From: Cyanobacteriota bacterium
GTDB taxonomy: Bacteria > Cyanobacteriota > Cyanobacteriia > Cyanobacteriales > Nostocaceae
Assembly: GCA_046045965.1 (NCBI GenBank)
Contig: JBJOKS010000027.1
Location: forward strand, 1 to 64,000
Reading direction: 5' to 3'
Length of the DNA stretch: 64,000 bases
Made by a program: the position numbers and the translations under genes. Positions 44,741-56,366 of the stretch are shown here, one piece after another. The first letter of the stretch is position 1; each line of letters opens with the position of its first letter. The notes below the pieces were generated by a model that worked only from the letters and a program-made list of their open reading frames with translations, had not been told where the DNA came from and did not search any database.

Positions 44741-45595
44741 ACCTTTTCAAAAAAGCGTCGTGGAATTAAAGATGCAAAAGATTTATATATCAGTTATGAC
44801 CAAATTGAAGTAGAAGATATAGCTTTAGTTAGTTCATTTTTAGAGATATCGCCAGATATGTTAGATAATGCACAGATATTATCTTTCGAGTTTGGTAAAT
44901 CATGGATTAACAAATTATCAAGTATGACAAATGATGAAATTCAGATTTTTTGTAATCAAAAAAATGGAAATCAAGAGTTAATTACAAGATTGCAACAAAA
45001 ACTTCTTCGTCTAGATGGAATGGACAATGCTAGACACTCTCTTCCCAAAAATTATATCAGAGACATATTACTTTCTTTAGTATCAGGTAATCATGTAGTA
45101 ATAGATTTTGGGTATAAACCCAATATACTTTGTTATCAATTATTAGTTAATATGATATGTAGGCGAGTGTATTCTTATTATGGTATAAGGACAGAGAAAT
45201 CATTAAATAAACACTACACTAATTATACTCTTCCTAAACTTGTTATAACAATTGAAGATGCGCATTACTTTCTCAACTCTAATGAAGTTAGAAGTAATAT
45301 TTTTCAGCCTTTAATTCGTAAATCATGGAAATCATACATTACTTTACTAGCTATAGAAAGACATCCATCAAAAATTGACCCAGAAATATTATCAGAGTTT
45401 TATACTTTAATTACTGGATTCTTAAATGAAGAAGATAAAAATCATATCTTATCTGGATTCCCTATACATCAAGAATTATATTCGATGCTTTCTCAAATAA
45501 ATTTATCTCAAAATATGTTATTCTTCGGTTATGGTATCAAAAACCCAGAAGTAGTTCACATAAGAGAGTATGATAATTATGTTCTTCATACTTAA
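44738..45595 (+). pseudogene. 5'-truncated, divergent HerA/DUF87-like ATPase (C-terminal half; ATG ORF from 44858)
   Basis: SKKRRGIKDAKDLYISYDQIEVEDI, EFGKSWI, LVITIEDAH (Walker B-like), ERHPSKID; no Walker A; frame opens at 44738 after a stop. Confidence 0.65.
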
Positions 45596-45742
45596 ATTTG
45601 ATACAAATTTTATATTAATAAATTCCTACAATAACTCCTATGGATGATTTGTGCATACACCCACAGGAGAAATTTTCCAACTTTTTTATTTATTTTCCAA
45701 CTTTTTTATCCTCCTACATATTTTAACGCTACAAAATATTAA

Positions 45743-47620
45743 CTATTCCACCGTTACCGACTTCGCCAAATTCCTTGGCTGATCCACATCCAAACCCCGC
45801 CGTGCCGCAATATGATAAGCCAACAATTGCAACGGAATTACTGTTAAAATAGGCGACAAAATTTCCTCCACATCACTAACAGGAATTAAATCATTAAATA
45901 TTTCTGCCGCTTCCCCATCTTTCACAGAAGTTACACCAATTAACCGCGAATCTCTCGCTTTTGCTTCTTGAGCGTTAGAAATCACCTTTTCATATACACT
46001 ACCAGGCATAGCGATCGCAACTACTGGAACTTTACTATCTAATAATGCGATCGGTCCATGTTTCATCTCTCCTGCTGGATATCCTTCCGCATGAATATAA
46101 CTAATTTCCTTTAATTTCAAAGCCCCTTCTAAAGCAATGGGAAAATTAATTCCCCTGCCGACAAAAATGAAATCTTTTGTTTCTGTAAACTCATGCACTA
46201 ACTGTTCAATATATTTTTCCTGAGTTTCTAAAATCGCCTCAATTTCTATCGGTAACTGCCTTAAACCTGCAATAATTTCTGCTAACCTTTCAGAAGAAAT
46301 TGTTTGCCGACGATAAGCTAAATCTAAAGCTAAACCATAAAACGCCATCAATTGAGCGATAAAAGTTTTAGTCGCCGCAACACCAATTTCAATCCCCCCA
46401 TGAGTATTGATAATATTCGCAACCATATTACCTAAGCTACTTTCTGGACGGTTGGTAATACCTAAAAGTCGCGCTTGATACTTAGCTTCTCTTCCTTCTC
46501 TGCGGTCTTTTTCCATACCTAAAGCCGCTAAAGTATCCGCAGTTTCACCAGATTGAGTCACCCCAATTGTTAAAGTATTAGCCGTCAAAGGTGTGGGCGC
46601 ATAGCGAAATTCAGAGGCATATTGTACCTGTGTGGGAATTTCTGCTAGTTGTTCTAATAAATACTTACCAACTAAAGCCGCGTGCCAACTTGTACCACAA
46701 GCCACAATTTGAATTTGTTCTAAATCTGCGTAAAATTCCTCTGGTAAATTCAAGGTGACAGGAGTTTCCCCACTTCCAGGAAAATAAGCTTCTAAACAAG
46801 ACCTAACCACTCCCGGTTGCTCATAAATTTCCTTGAGCATGAAGTGTTTAAAACCCTGCTTTTCCACCATAATGGGATTCCAGTTCAAAGTGCGGGGATG
46901 CTTCTTTAAACGATGTCCAGCAAAGTTATACACCTCAACCCCCAAAGGAGTCAAACGGGCAATTTCGCCGTTTTCTAGGGGCAGTACAGCGCGGGTATAA
47001 GGGACAATTGCCGGGGTATCCGAAGCACAGAAAAACTCACCTTGACCAAAGCCAATCACCAAAGGCGCTTGTTGACGAACTACAATCAATTCATCCGGGT
47101 AGTCAGCAGAAATGGCAGCTACAGCAAAAGCCCCCTCTAATTTACTCACAGCTTCCCGCACTGCATCTAAAAACAGAGAAGCAGAATCAGTATTTTCTGA
47201 AGTATGCTTTAAACATTCTGCTATGAGATGGGGAATAACTTCTGTATCTGTGTCTGAACGAAATTCATGCCCTAACGTTTTTAAATGTTCCCGTAACTCA
47301 CGATAATTTTCAATAATGCCATTCTGCACCACCGCTATCCGCAGCGCCGTATCCTGATGGGGATGGGCATTATATTCTTCTGGTTTACCATGAGTTGCCC
47401 AGCGAGTGTGACCGATGCCAATTTGGGCAGGATTTTCGATTTGTTCGAGTTTAGAACGCAAATTCAGCAGTTTGCCTTTAGCCCGCACACAATGAATGTC
47501 ACCTTCCCAAATGGTGGCAATTCCCGCTGAGTCATAACCCCTATACTCTAGCTTTTCTAGTCCAGCTAGTAAAATATCTGTCGCCGCTTGAGTGCCTATA
47601 TATCCAACAATTCCGCACAT
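45743..47620 (-). CDS. glmS: Glutamine--fructose-6-phosphate aminotransferase
   Basis: MCGIVG, LEYRGYDSAG, GHTRWATHG, QSGETADT, PRNLAKSVTVE. Confidence 0.99.
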   Translation of the reverse strand: MCGIVGYIGTQAATDILLAGLEKLEYRGYDSAGIATIWEGDIHCVRAKGKLLNLRSKLEQIENPAQIGIGHTRWATHGKPEEYNAHPHQDTALRIAVVQNGIIENYRELREHLKTLGHEFRSDTDTEVIPHLIAECLKHTSENTDSASLFLDAVREAVSKLEGAFAVAAISADYPDELIVVRQQAPLVIGFGQGEFFCASDTPAIVPYTRAVLPLENGEIARLTPLGVEVYNFAGHRLKKHPRTLNWNPIMVEKQGFKHFMLKEIYEQPGVVRSCLEAYFPGSGETPVTLNLPEEFYADLEQIQIVACGTSWHAALVGKYLLEQLAEIPTQVQYASEFRYAPTPLTANTLTIGVTQSGETADTLAALGMEKDRREGREAKYQARLLGITNRPESSLGNMVANIINTHGGIEIGVAATKTFIAQLMAFYGLALDLAYRRQTISSERLAEIIAGLRQLPIEIEAILETQEKYIEQLVHEFTETKDFIFVGRGINFPIALEGALKLKEISYIHAEGYPAGEMKHGPIALLDSKVPVVAIAMPGSVYEKVISNAQEAKARDSRLIGVTSVKDGEAAEIFNDLIPVSDVEEILSPILTVIPLQLLAYHIAARRGLDVDQPRNLAKSVTVE

Positions 47621-47998
47621 TTTTTATACCACTCTGGTTATCAGTTATTAGTTAACAGTTGTATTTAATTTCAGCACCCTACTATCAGCCTGACAACCTT
47701 TCAATATTCACTATTCCCTAAATTTATTAACTCTTAAGTTGTCAGGATAAAGCGGTCATTATATCAAATAAAAAGGAGTTTTAGAAACTTATTGGATATA
47801 GATCCCCGACTTCTTGAAGCAGTTGGGGATCTGGCGATTATATTTTTGAAGTTTGGTTAATTATGCAGATCATTCAAAAAGTGTTAAGTGCTGAGGATTG
47901 AGAGAAGAAGCAAGAATCATGCTAGTCGATGGATTTCTTGTTTCTCCCTAACTCAGTCCTCAGCACTATTTTACTGAGTATTTTAAAATCCCAGTATT

Positions 47999-48286
<288 letters not shown>

Positions 48287-48797
48287 TCATAATCAAGGCA
48301 TAGTTTACCGCAGTGCTGGATGGGCTGTAAGTAAAAGGCTACATAACTTCAAACAATTTAATAAGCTCTCTCTACAGTTTTTCTGCCAAGATCGCCGCTA
48401 TTCAGCTTTAATCAACAATATAGCCTTCTGGCATTGAGTTTGTTGACTCTCCAAAACCAAGCCGAATTGTAAAGATGTGTAAAGTTCCAGTTGATTCCCC
48501 AAAGCTAAACCTATAGTACCTATTGATGGATGGCTATGCAATGTCAGAAGCCGCAAGATGCTAAAGAAATCGTAACATTCAGTTATAGTTAAGTAGATTG
48601 GCACAAGAAAACAACCTATGTGAAGAAAGATGAACTAGCTTCAAACCTTCTTTCACCCTGCTTCCTGCCTTAACTAATATCCGAATTCTCAATTGATAGT
48701 CTGCTGGTGGCGATCGCACTTTCCTCCATGAAAAGCTTAAGATCGGCTCACCAGTAGAAATTGGAAAATAATGTAAATCACATCACATAAACTGATT

Positions 48798-49160
48798 ATG
48801 GAGCCAGACTCTTTACCAACTGAAGTTATTCTCACAAACCCGCGTCAGTCTTTGGGTAGATTACAACTTGATTGGACACCCCAACCAGGAAACTATCTTG
48901 ATTTTGAAGACAACACTTATGCTGTGTTAGAGCGTCGTCATCGATATCAATTGAAAGCAGGACGCTATCTTTTACATAACGTCGCTATTTACGTACAAAA
49001 AGCTAAACGACCATCAGAAAAAACTTTAGTAGCTGGACGTTGGGTTATTGGTGATGCTAGTTGTGACTACAATGCTCATTCAGAAATCATTCGCTGTGCA
49101 GTCAACCCAGAAGGACCTTGTGAGTCTTGTCGTTTTTATGAAAGTTCAGGCCATAGGTGA
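48798..49160 (+). CDS. Conserved cyanobacterial hypothetical protein (DUF6464-like, Cys-rich C-terminus)
   Basis: YAVLERRHRYQL..GRY and IGDASC.YNAHSE..RCAVNPEGPC..C motifs. Confidence 0.8.
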   Translation: MEPDSLPTEVILTNPRQSLGRLQLDWTPQPGNYLDFEDNTYAVLERRHRYQLKAGRYLLHNVAIYVQKAKRPSEKTLVAGRWVIGDASCDYNAHSEIIRCAVNPEGPCESCRFYESSGHR

Positions 49161-49197
49161 CTGGGGACAAATCAAGTCAAAAGTCAAAAGTCAAAAG

Positions 49198-50244
49198 TCA
49201 AAAGTCAAAATTCTTCCCTGTTCCCTGTTCCCTGTTCCCTGTTCCCTTGTTTCCAATTACCTCTCCTACTGTTAAACGAGTACCATTGACAAAATCCCAT
49301 CCTGACTGGGGACGTTTACCAGTTAGCTGAACTTCTCTCAACCACAAAAAGCCTTTTCCAGTTTTTACAATTGCTCCTATTCCCTTGGCAATACTTACTA
49401 CTTCTCCAGGTTGAGCAGATACAGTTGACAAATCAGATATTTTGTGTATTTTTTCCTGTAATTGATCTGGTAATTCTTGAATATAAGCAGGTTCTAGGGG
49501 AACAGTAGCAGTGATTTTCAGAGATTGATTGCGAAAAGTCGTGACGCAGTTAGGATAAAAGCCTCTAATTTGATTGTGTAATTCAATAGCACTTTTTGAC
49601 CAATCCAAATTATAATCATCCTTTTGAATCAAAGACGCATAAGTGGCCAGAGAATTATCTTGGGGAAGAGGTTGAATTGACTGGTGTTCCAACTTGAGCA
49701 AAGTTTCCACTAATAAGTCTGCACCTATGACCGCCAACTGATCGGCTAAAATTTGGGCATTATCCAGTAATTTAATCGGTGTGGTGGCTTTTAGGAGCAT
49801 ATCTCCTGTATCCATACCCGCATCCATTAACATTGTCGTGATTCCTGTTTCTTTCTCACCGTTATATAGACACCACTGAATGGGAGCAGCCCCCCGATAT
49901 TGGGGTAAAATTGAACCATGTACATTGATGCAACCCAACTTAGGCATCTTTAAAATTTGCTTAGACAAAATTTGTCCATAGGCAACCACTACAAACACAT
50001 CCGCATCTAATTCTTGTAGTTGGGTTAAAGTTTCAGCATCTTTTTTAACTCTCTCAGGTTGCCATACAGGGAGGTTATGAGCATTAGCAAGTGATTTAAC
50101 TGGTGAAGGTGTCAGTTTATTCCCACGTTCTCGGCGTTTGTCCGGTTGGGTGACAACTGCTAAAACCTCAAAATCAGGGTAATTCAGTAATTTTTCCAGG
50201 GTGGGAACGGCAAATTGGGGAGTACCAAAAAATACTACTTTCAT
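49198..50244 (-). CDS. fmt: Methionyl-tRNA formyltransferase
   Basis: [44 protein letters not shown]. Confidence 0.97.
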   Translation of the reverse strand: MKVVFFGTPQFAVPTLEKLLNYPDFEVLAVVTQPDKRRERGNKLTPSPVKSLANAHNLPVWQPERVKKDAETLTQLQELDADVFVVVAYGQILSKQILKMPKLGCINVHGSILPQYRGAAPIQWCLYNGEKETGITTMLMDAGMDTGDMLLKATTPIKLLDNAQILADQLAVIGADLLVETLLKLEHQSIQPLPQDNSLATYASLIQKDDYNLDWSKSAIELHNQIRGFYPNCVTTFRNQSLKITATVPLEPAYIQELPDQLQEKIHKISDLSTVSAQPGEVVSIAKGIGAIVKTGKGFLWLREVQLTGKRPQSGWDFVNGTRLTVGEVIGNKGTGNREQGTGKNFDF

Positions 50245-51194
50245 TAGTGGGTTATTAGTTATTAAGTTACTAATCAATATTATTAGTTGCGTCACGAATC
50301 ACTGACAACTGAATACCCACAACTAACCAAAACACAATAACTGGTGAAAAAGACCCAAAGTAATTTTGCTATGAGGACATTAAATTTGAGCTATTTAGTG
50401 GTAAAGTATTTATTATCGGTGCAACCAAAAATTCCTGAATAAAATATAATGCCTTGGCAAGCGGGTCAGCTAAGATCAACTAATGACTGTATCTGCTGCT
50501 TCCAAACATGAATATTTTTTGTCTCAGATCCGGACAATTCAGCATCTACTCACCCCACCCATTTGATAATTTACCAAATTTCAGCTTTCTTTCGCTTGTG
50601 CGATCGCAATAGATATTTTATTTGTTTGCGAGCAATTTTGCACTTTATTGCTTGGGAAAAATGACGGTGAGGTTTTTATTGATGTTGCCCAAACCAGGCG
50701 AGATTTTTAAAGGAATAAAACACTTTCAAACAGATAATTTTTAGTTCTACCAGGCTTAGTGCTGTTAAAACAGATTACACGAAGGTAAAACTCAATTAAA
50801 TGAATTAGCTTTAGCTAAAACATTTGCAAGAAAATACCTGAGTTTAGGCACTATAATTAGTCACCTAAGAGCTTAGTTTATATACTTTTCCAAGTTACCT
50901 ACATTTGGTTGTTTTTACCGAAGAATAGGTAAATTTAGGTAGATATTTACTGAAGGATTACTGTAATGATCAATTCCAGTAGTTATGGGAATTAAATTTA
51001 CCTGAAAACCCAAGTTATTTAAAGAATGTAAAGGTGTGAATAATGATTAGAAAACTTTTGTAAAGTGATGCAAAATTTAGCGCGATGATCTCGTTAAAGC
51101 TTCTAGTTTGTTGTTATACATATAATTATAGCTTTTCCTCTTCCTGGATAGACATTGCTCCTCACACAGCCACCGCCCCTTAGAGAGTCTACTC

Positions 51195-52508
51195 ATGCTG
51201 AAATCCCTTTTGCTGTCAGGATGGTTCCGCGTACAACCATTTCTTAAGTACGTTATTGTTGTTATATTAATTGCTCCCTTAGTAGGTGTATCGGTTAACT
51301 CCAGTGTAGCGAAACAATCACAATTAAAAGTAGGAAAAATTAGTTCAGGACTTAGCAAATCTGATTTAACGTCCCAAGTAACGGTTATTGCGAGGGAAAA
51401 AGATTTAAAGCTGGGTGAAGTGAACTCCTTGGAAGCAAAAATTGGGAATGTTTTGCCAGGAAATAAGCAAGTGCGTGAAGAAAGACAAGTATTACTGGCT
51501 GAGAAAATTGATTCTGGGGTAGGACAAGAAAATCAGCATTCAAGTAGTAATGTACCTGTGAGCGATCTCTTGGCGGTAGATAAACAGGTAAATTCAGCAA
51601 ATATACCTGTAAATCAAACTGATTTGCTCCAAAAATTAAAAGATGCTAAAAACGATGCTTTAGGAGGTGGGGTTAACTCTTTAGAAAGTGAGAGTCGGAA
51701 AAATGAAATATTAAGAACAGCTACAGAAACATCCAGTATTAGAGAATCCAAGCCTGACTCAATGGCGGAAATACCTGTAGAAGAACAGCAAAATCAGTCC
51801 GATGCTGTTCCAGATGATCCTATGGGTAGTCCTCATCCAATTCCTTGGAAATGGATCATGATGACTCAAGAAGCTATTGGTGGTCAAGGACTTTCTGGAG
51901 TGCGACATTATCGCAGTATACCAGTGATTTCTCCTGATGGTAGATATGCTGTTTATAGCAGAGTGCAGCTAGAAGTCCAACCGGAAATGCACAACAGCCG
52001 AGTTACCAGCTTGTTGTTTATCGAAGATCGGCAGACTAAGAAATTGCGAGTAATGGCTAAAACTGCTGCCATTAGTGATCCCCTGTTAAATCAGCCTATT
52101 TCCGCCCAAGAAACTGATACAGAAGGCAAAATTGGGGTTTTAGTTCCAGTTAGCTGGTCCCAAAAAGGCGATCGCTTTTTAGCCCGCAAATTTGTAGGCA
52201 TCTTCAACACAGCAGATGTTACAGACCATGCAGTAATTTGGGATCGGCAGGAAAATCATACCAAAACAGTTGCTCCAGCACAACAAGAAGATGAACATGA
52301 GAAAATAGCGATATTGTTAGGTTGGAGTAAAAAACAGCCAGATCATGTACTATTCCGTGCAGGTGAACTAGGGGAAGAAAATTGGCCTTTGATACAAGTT
52401 GCTAGTGATGGCAAAAGTGTCAATGTCACCAATGATGGCGATCAAGCTGTTACTTTTGGTGAAAGAGATAGACAGGTTTGGGCAGAACCTCAAGTTGCTT
52501 CCAGATAA
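51195..52508 (+). CDS. Hypothetical exported protein (low-complexity N-half, conserved beta-rich C-terminal domain)
   Basis: N-terminal hydrophobic segment; SPHPIPW, ISPDGRYAVYSR, LVPVSWS..GDR motifs. Confidence 0.8.
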   Translation: MLKSLLLSGWFRVQPFLKYVIVVILIAPLVGVSVNSSVAKQSQLKVGKISSGLSKSDLTSQVTVIAREKDLKLGEVNSLEAKIGNVLPGNKQVREERQVLLAEKIDSGVGQENQHSSSNVPVSDLLAVDKQVNSANIPVNQTDLLQKLKDAKNDALGGGVNSLESESRKNEILRTATETSSIRESKPDSMAEIPVEEQQNQSDAVPDDPMGSPHPIPWKWIMMTQEAIGGQGLSGVRHYRSIPVISPDGRYAVYSRVQLEVQPEMHNSRVTSLLFIEDRQTKKLRVMAKTAAISDPLLNQPISAQETDTEGKIGVLVPVSWSQKGDRFLARKFVGIFNTADVTDHAVIWDRQENHTKTVAPAQQEDEHEKIAILLGWSKKQPDHVLFRAGELGEENWPLIQVASDGKSVNVTNDGDQAVTFGERDRQVWAEPQVASR

Positions 52509-52510
52509 TT

Positions 52511-52547
<37 letters not shown>

Positions 52548-52591
52548 AAGATAAATATTCCCTCCCTGTCCCCTGTTCCCTGTTCACTGTT

Positions 52592-53365
52592 TTAAGCTGA
52601 TTTAAAGAATCTAATAATTTCCCGCACATGATCCAGAAATTGCCCATCAGTAGAAAGTTGAGCGATCGCAGTTCTGGCTTCTCGTGATAGTCGCTCATGT
52701 TCAGCTTGGTTTGTAGCTCGTAATTCTTCTAAATTAGCGACAATACGAGCTAATTCTCGACGAGTTTCTTCACTAAATCTTTGGTTATTTGCTGCTAAAG
52801 AATAAGGCTGTTCTGGGTTAAGTTGGTCTTCAAAAGATTGCACTTTTTGTTCTATTTCATAAAAACGGTTACGCAATTCCAAAATATCTTCACGGGGATA
52901 GGTAAATGCTTGACGGATCATTCTTAGCCGAGCATATAAATATTCGTAGGCGCTAATAGCTGGACGCAATAAAGTTAATAACAAAGCCGCGCCAGAACTG
53001 ATATATCCCACAGCACTAATACCAGTAGCAGCTAGGATATAAAGAGCGATCGCTGAAACCAAGTGTAAACCAATAGCCAGCCAGAGCGATCGCTTGGCTA
53101 AAACTTTCACATACTTAACTTGTTTCTCATCTACAGGAATATTTTTTTCGACTGACTCCGCAGCTTCTGCTAAAACTTCCTTAGCTTGAAAATGGACATT
53201 CCACGGAACTGTCACAATGACCAATAACCACCAAAAACTTGCACCACCAATTATCCAGTCAAGAAAATTACCTGCGGGTATATGAAACCATTGCAAAACA
53301 CCAAAAGCCACCAGGAATGTAATTAGAATTCCCACAATAGAACTGATAAAAAAGTTGATATACAT
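52592..53365 (-). CDS. Conserved hypothetical membrane protein with C-terminal coiled coil
   Basis: About four TM helices, then an EHERLSREA...QFLDHVREIIRFFK tail. Confidence 0.8.
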   Translation of the reverse strand: MYINFFISSIVGILITFLVAFGVLQWFHIPAGNFLDWIIGGASFWWLLVIVTVPWNVHFQAKEVLAEAAESVEKNIPVDEKQVKYVKVLAKRSLWLAIGLHLVSAIALYILAATGISAVGYISSGAALLLTLLRPAISAYEYLYARLRMIRQAFTYPREDILELRNRFYEIEQKVQSFEDQLNPEQPYSLAANNQRFSEETRRELARIVANLEELRATNQAEHERLSREARTAIAQLSTDGQFLDHVREIIRFFKSA

Positions 53366-53478
53366 TGTTCTCTGTCTCCAGTAAAACACTCACCTTTATC
53401 ATGTTCACAAGTTCCCAGTTATACCCCTAACATTGTGCTGGTTTTTCTACTAGCACATCCTCATTAAAACTGATACAT

Positions 53479-53910
53479 TTAATGGCTACTATAAATTTTT
53501 ACTTGGTCTTTTGAGGACTGCAAAATTCTTTTGAGGGAATTTCCCTTGACTATCATGGCAGCGTGATTAATATCTAACCAGATCCTTTCTCTTTTCGTTG
53601 CTTCTGGCCAGTCTTCTAACACTTTTTCCACTGGCAACCAAAATAAATGAACTTGATAAATATTACCGCGTTTACGATATTTATAAGCACCTATTTTTTC
53701 ACTATTTACCTGACCAATAACCCCTGCTTCTTCCCAAGCTTCTTTAGCTGCTGAGTCAGGTGGAGTCATCCCCTTACAAACTCCTCCTTTGGGAATTACC
53801 CAACTTTGACGTTTACGAGTGGTGATCAATAAAACTTCTATTTTTCCATCTCGGACACGATATGGAATTACTCCTGACTGTTTGCAAATTTTGTTGGTTT
53901 TTCTTCTCAT
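53479..53910 (-). CDS. NUDIX hydrolase
   Basis: WVIPKGG...SAAKEAWEEAG Nudix box. Confidence 0.93.
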   Translation of the reverse strand: MRRKTNKICKQSGVIPYRVRDGKIEVLLITTRKRQSWVIPKGGVCKGMTPPDSAAKEAWEEAGVIGQVNSEKIGAYKYRKRGNIYQVHLFWLPVEKVLEDWPEATKRERIWLDINHAAMIVKGNSLKRILQSSKDQVKIYSSH

Positions 53911-54210
53911 AGCAGCACATTCCTGATAAATTAAGCTCTAGATAGTAATTACTGTGATCGCTATGGTCATCTTGGTAATGTTGACTTTAAATCTATTAAT
54001 ACCCTTGGTTTAATTTTTCACCCAGTTAACTGGTTATTCCGTATAATATTTAACGAAGTTTGATTATTTATCCTCATTCATGATAATTCATAGCAAATTA
54101 GCAGGATGATTATTTGGTAATTAAAACACAGCGGTTAGACTATTAACCAAGCATATTACACAAAACTAAGCAAGTTAAAAAGCCATATTGGCAATAAAAG
54201 ATTCGCTGTT

Positions 54211-54651
54211 ATGCAACCCAAACCCCCAACATTTTGGTTACTTGAACCTGAAAAACCGCCATTACAGCAGATAATAGCTGGAGGTGTTGTTTTACCAGAT
54301 GGACAAGTGGCGATCGCTCGATGTTTACCAAATTCTACTCATGCTACTTTCCCATCTTTAAAATCTTTTCAACAGTTACAAGAAAAAAGAGGGAGACAAT
54401 TAATATTTGGTCATCATTCTTTAGATGGATATCATCTCAACACTTTTAAGTTAGTTAGAAATAAAGATGTCACAGGTATTAGTGGAACTGGTATAGTTGC
54501 TGTAGGATGTTATTTTCAAAGTTTTGGTGGTCTTGCTGTGATGCAATGGTTAACTGATGCTGCGTCAACTGCTTGGTATCCTGGAGGATGGGAACAAATA
54601 GAATTGATTCATGGACACAAAGGTAAAACTCAAATTGTCATGGATGTTTAA
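54211..54651 (+). CDS. Hypothetical protein with DVTGISGTG...IHGH.G.T motif
   Basis: 146-aa ORF with apparent internal duplication. Confidence 0.75.
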   Translation: MQPKPPTFWLLEPEKPPLQQIIAGGVVLPDGQVAIARCLPNSTHATFPSLKSFQQLQEKRGRQLIFGHHSLDGYHLNTFKLVRNKDVTGISGTGIVAVGCYFQSFGGLAVMQWLTDAASTAWYPGGWEQIELIHGHKGKTQIVMDV

Positions 54652-54712
54652 ATTCAGATAAAATTATATAGGATTCTTCTTTGATTTATGAAATTTATCA
54701 TATTGAAAAATT

Positions 54713-55534
54713 ATGACTAACATAGAAAATTCCCGTGCAGATTTTGTCCTCGTGGTTGGTGCAACTGGTGGTGTGGGACAGCTTGTAGTCAGCAAACTTT
54801 TAGAAAAAGGTGTTTCAGTTCGCATTCTCACACGAGACGCAGCAAAAGCGGCAAAAATGTTTAATCAAAAAGTAGAAATTGTTGTTGGTGATATCCGCGA
54901 ACCAAATACCCTTCCAGCAGCAATGTTAAATATCACTTCTATTATATGCTGTACAGGAACTACGGCTTTTCCTTCTGCTAGATGGGAATTTGATCCAACT
55001 CTGAATATCATTGAATTAGGACGAGCTTTATTACACTCTCAATTACTTGAAGGTAAAGCCAAAAATACACCTTTTAAAGTTGATTTTCAAGCTGTTAAAA
55101 ACCTAGTCGTAGCAGCACCTAAAAATTTAAAAAGATTCGTTTTTGTTTCTTCCTGCGGTATTCTCAGAAAAAATCAATTTCCTTTTAATATTCTGAATAT
55201 TTTTGGTGTCTTAGATGCAAAACAGCAGGGAGAAGAAGCAATTATTAATTCAGGAATTCCCTATACAATTATCCGTCCTGGACGCTTGATTGATGGACCT
55301 TTTACTTCTTACGATCTTAACACCTTGCTCAAGGCAACAACAGCAGGTAAGTTAAATGTAGTATTGGGTAACGGTGATACTATTTCAGGTGATGCTAGTC
55401 GCATTGATGTGGCTGCTGCTTGTGTGGAAAGTTTGTTTTATTCAAGTTGTAATAATCAGGTTTTTGAGTTAGTTAATCAAGGCATAAGACCAGATATAAT
55501 TGATTGGGAACAGCTTTTTGATCAACTGATTTAG
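54713..55534 (+). CDS. NAD(P)H-binding atypical SDR oxidoreductase
   Basis: VLVVGATGGVG, YTIIRPGRL, SRIDVA. Confidence 0.9.
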   Translation: MTNIENSRADFVLVVGATGGVGQLVVSKLLEKGVSVRILTRDAAKAAKMFNQKVEIVVGDIREPNTLPAAMLNITSIICCTGTTAFPSARWEFDPTLNIIELGRALLHSQLLEGKAKNTPFKVDFQAVKNLVVAAPKNLKRFVFVSSCGILRKNQFPFNILNIFGVLDAKQQGEEAIINSGIPYTIIRPGRLIDGPFTSYDLNTLLKATTAGKLNVVLGNGDTISGDASRIDVAAACVESLFYSSCNNQVFELVNQGIRPDIIDWEQLFDQLI

Positions 55535-55610
55535 ATCCCCCCAACCCCCCTTGCAAAGGGGGGCTAAATTCCTCAAAGTCCCCCTTTTTAAGGGGGATTT
55601 AGGGGGATCT
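55533..55610. repeat. G/C-run palindromic repeat AGATCCCCC...GGGGGATCT (also 58636-58667 partial and 60578-60657)
   Basis: Three related copies sharing CCCCCTT..AAGGGGG hairpins. Confidence 0.85.
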
Positions 55611-55837
55611 CCAATGTGCAAATATCGTTAACCAAACTGCCCCCAAATCCCCTTTTTAAGGGGTTCTAATTTTTCTCACTACTTCTTTTACTTGGTCATA
55701 CGGTTTATTTAATCAAAAACGTTCGCGTAGCGTGCCGTAAGGCATACCGCAGAGGCGCAGAGAACGCAGAGAAAAGAAGATAATATAAGTTATCTGTGTT
55801 ATTTGGGGGGATGTAGTGAGGTTTATTAAAGCTATTT

Positions 55838-56293
55838 TTATATGATTTTTAAGGAATCTAATCTTCCTAAAACTGCCATATCTTCTGCATCTAATTCTAT
55901 GGGTATTCCACTGCGAATTAGTTCTGAAAAATCTTCATTAGGAACCATAATTGTGAGTGCATAAAGACGAGAATTACCAGTATTTCTAATTAAATGAGTA
56001 CCTGTTGGTGGCACTAATAAACTATCTCCGGCTTTGATATTTACTTTTTTTCCATCACAAATTGCAACTCCTTCTCCTTTGAGAATAAAAAACATTTCTA
56101 CTGCCCATTGATGGCGATTTGGTGGAGTTTGTCCACCGATATCAAATATTTCTACACAACAAGTTAAGGAAGTATTTGCAGAGGTTGAATCAAAGATAAT
56201 TGCTAACTTATTAGTGTCACGGGGACTAATACGGTATGCTTGATAATCTTGGGGAGATTTGATAACTGGAATTACGCAACGAGTAGTAAGCAT
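55838..56293 (-). CDS. Cupin domain protein
   Basis: TPPNRHQWAVEMFFILKGEG...GDSLLVPPTGTHLIRN; start at MLTTRC (upstream extension is STRR). Confidence 0.88.
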   Translation of the reverse strand: MLTTRCVIPVIKSPQDYQAYRISPRDTNKLAIIFDSTSANTSLTCCVEIFDIGGQTPPNRHQWAVEMFFILKGEGVAICDGKKVNIKAGDSLLVPPTGTHLIRNTGNSRLYALTIMVPNEDFSELIRSGIPIELDAEDMAVLGRLDSLKII

Positions 56294-56366
56294 ATATTTG
56301 GGAATTGGTGATTGGGGACTGGGGACTGGGTAAAAACTCAAAATTCAAAATTTACTTAATTATGAA

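Noticed and set aside
40780..45600. Prophage or integrative element
   Set aside because: No integrase, transposase, phage structural gene, tRNA target or att duplication seen
50300..51190. ~900-bp intergenic region with short ORFs (e.g. MTVSAASKHEYFLSQIRTIQHLLTPPI) or a possible sRNA
   Set aside because: No RBS, terminator or recognisable structure supports a call; conservation analysis would be needed
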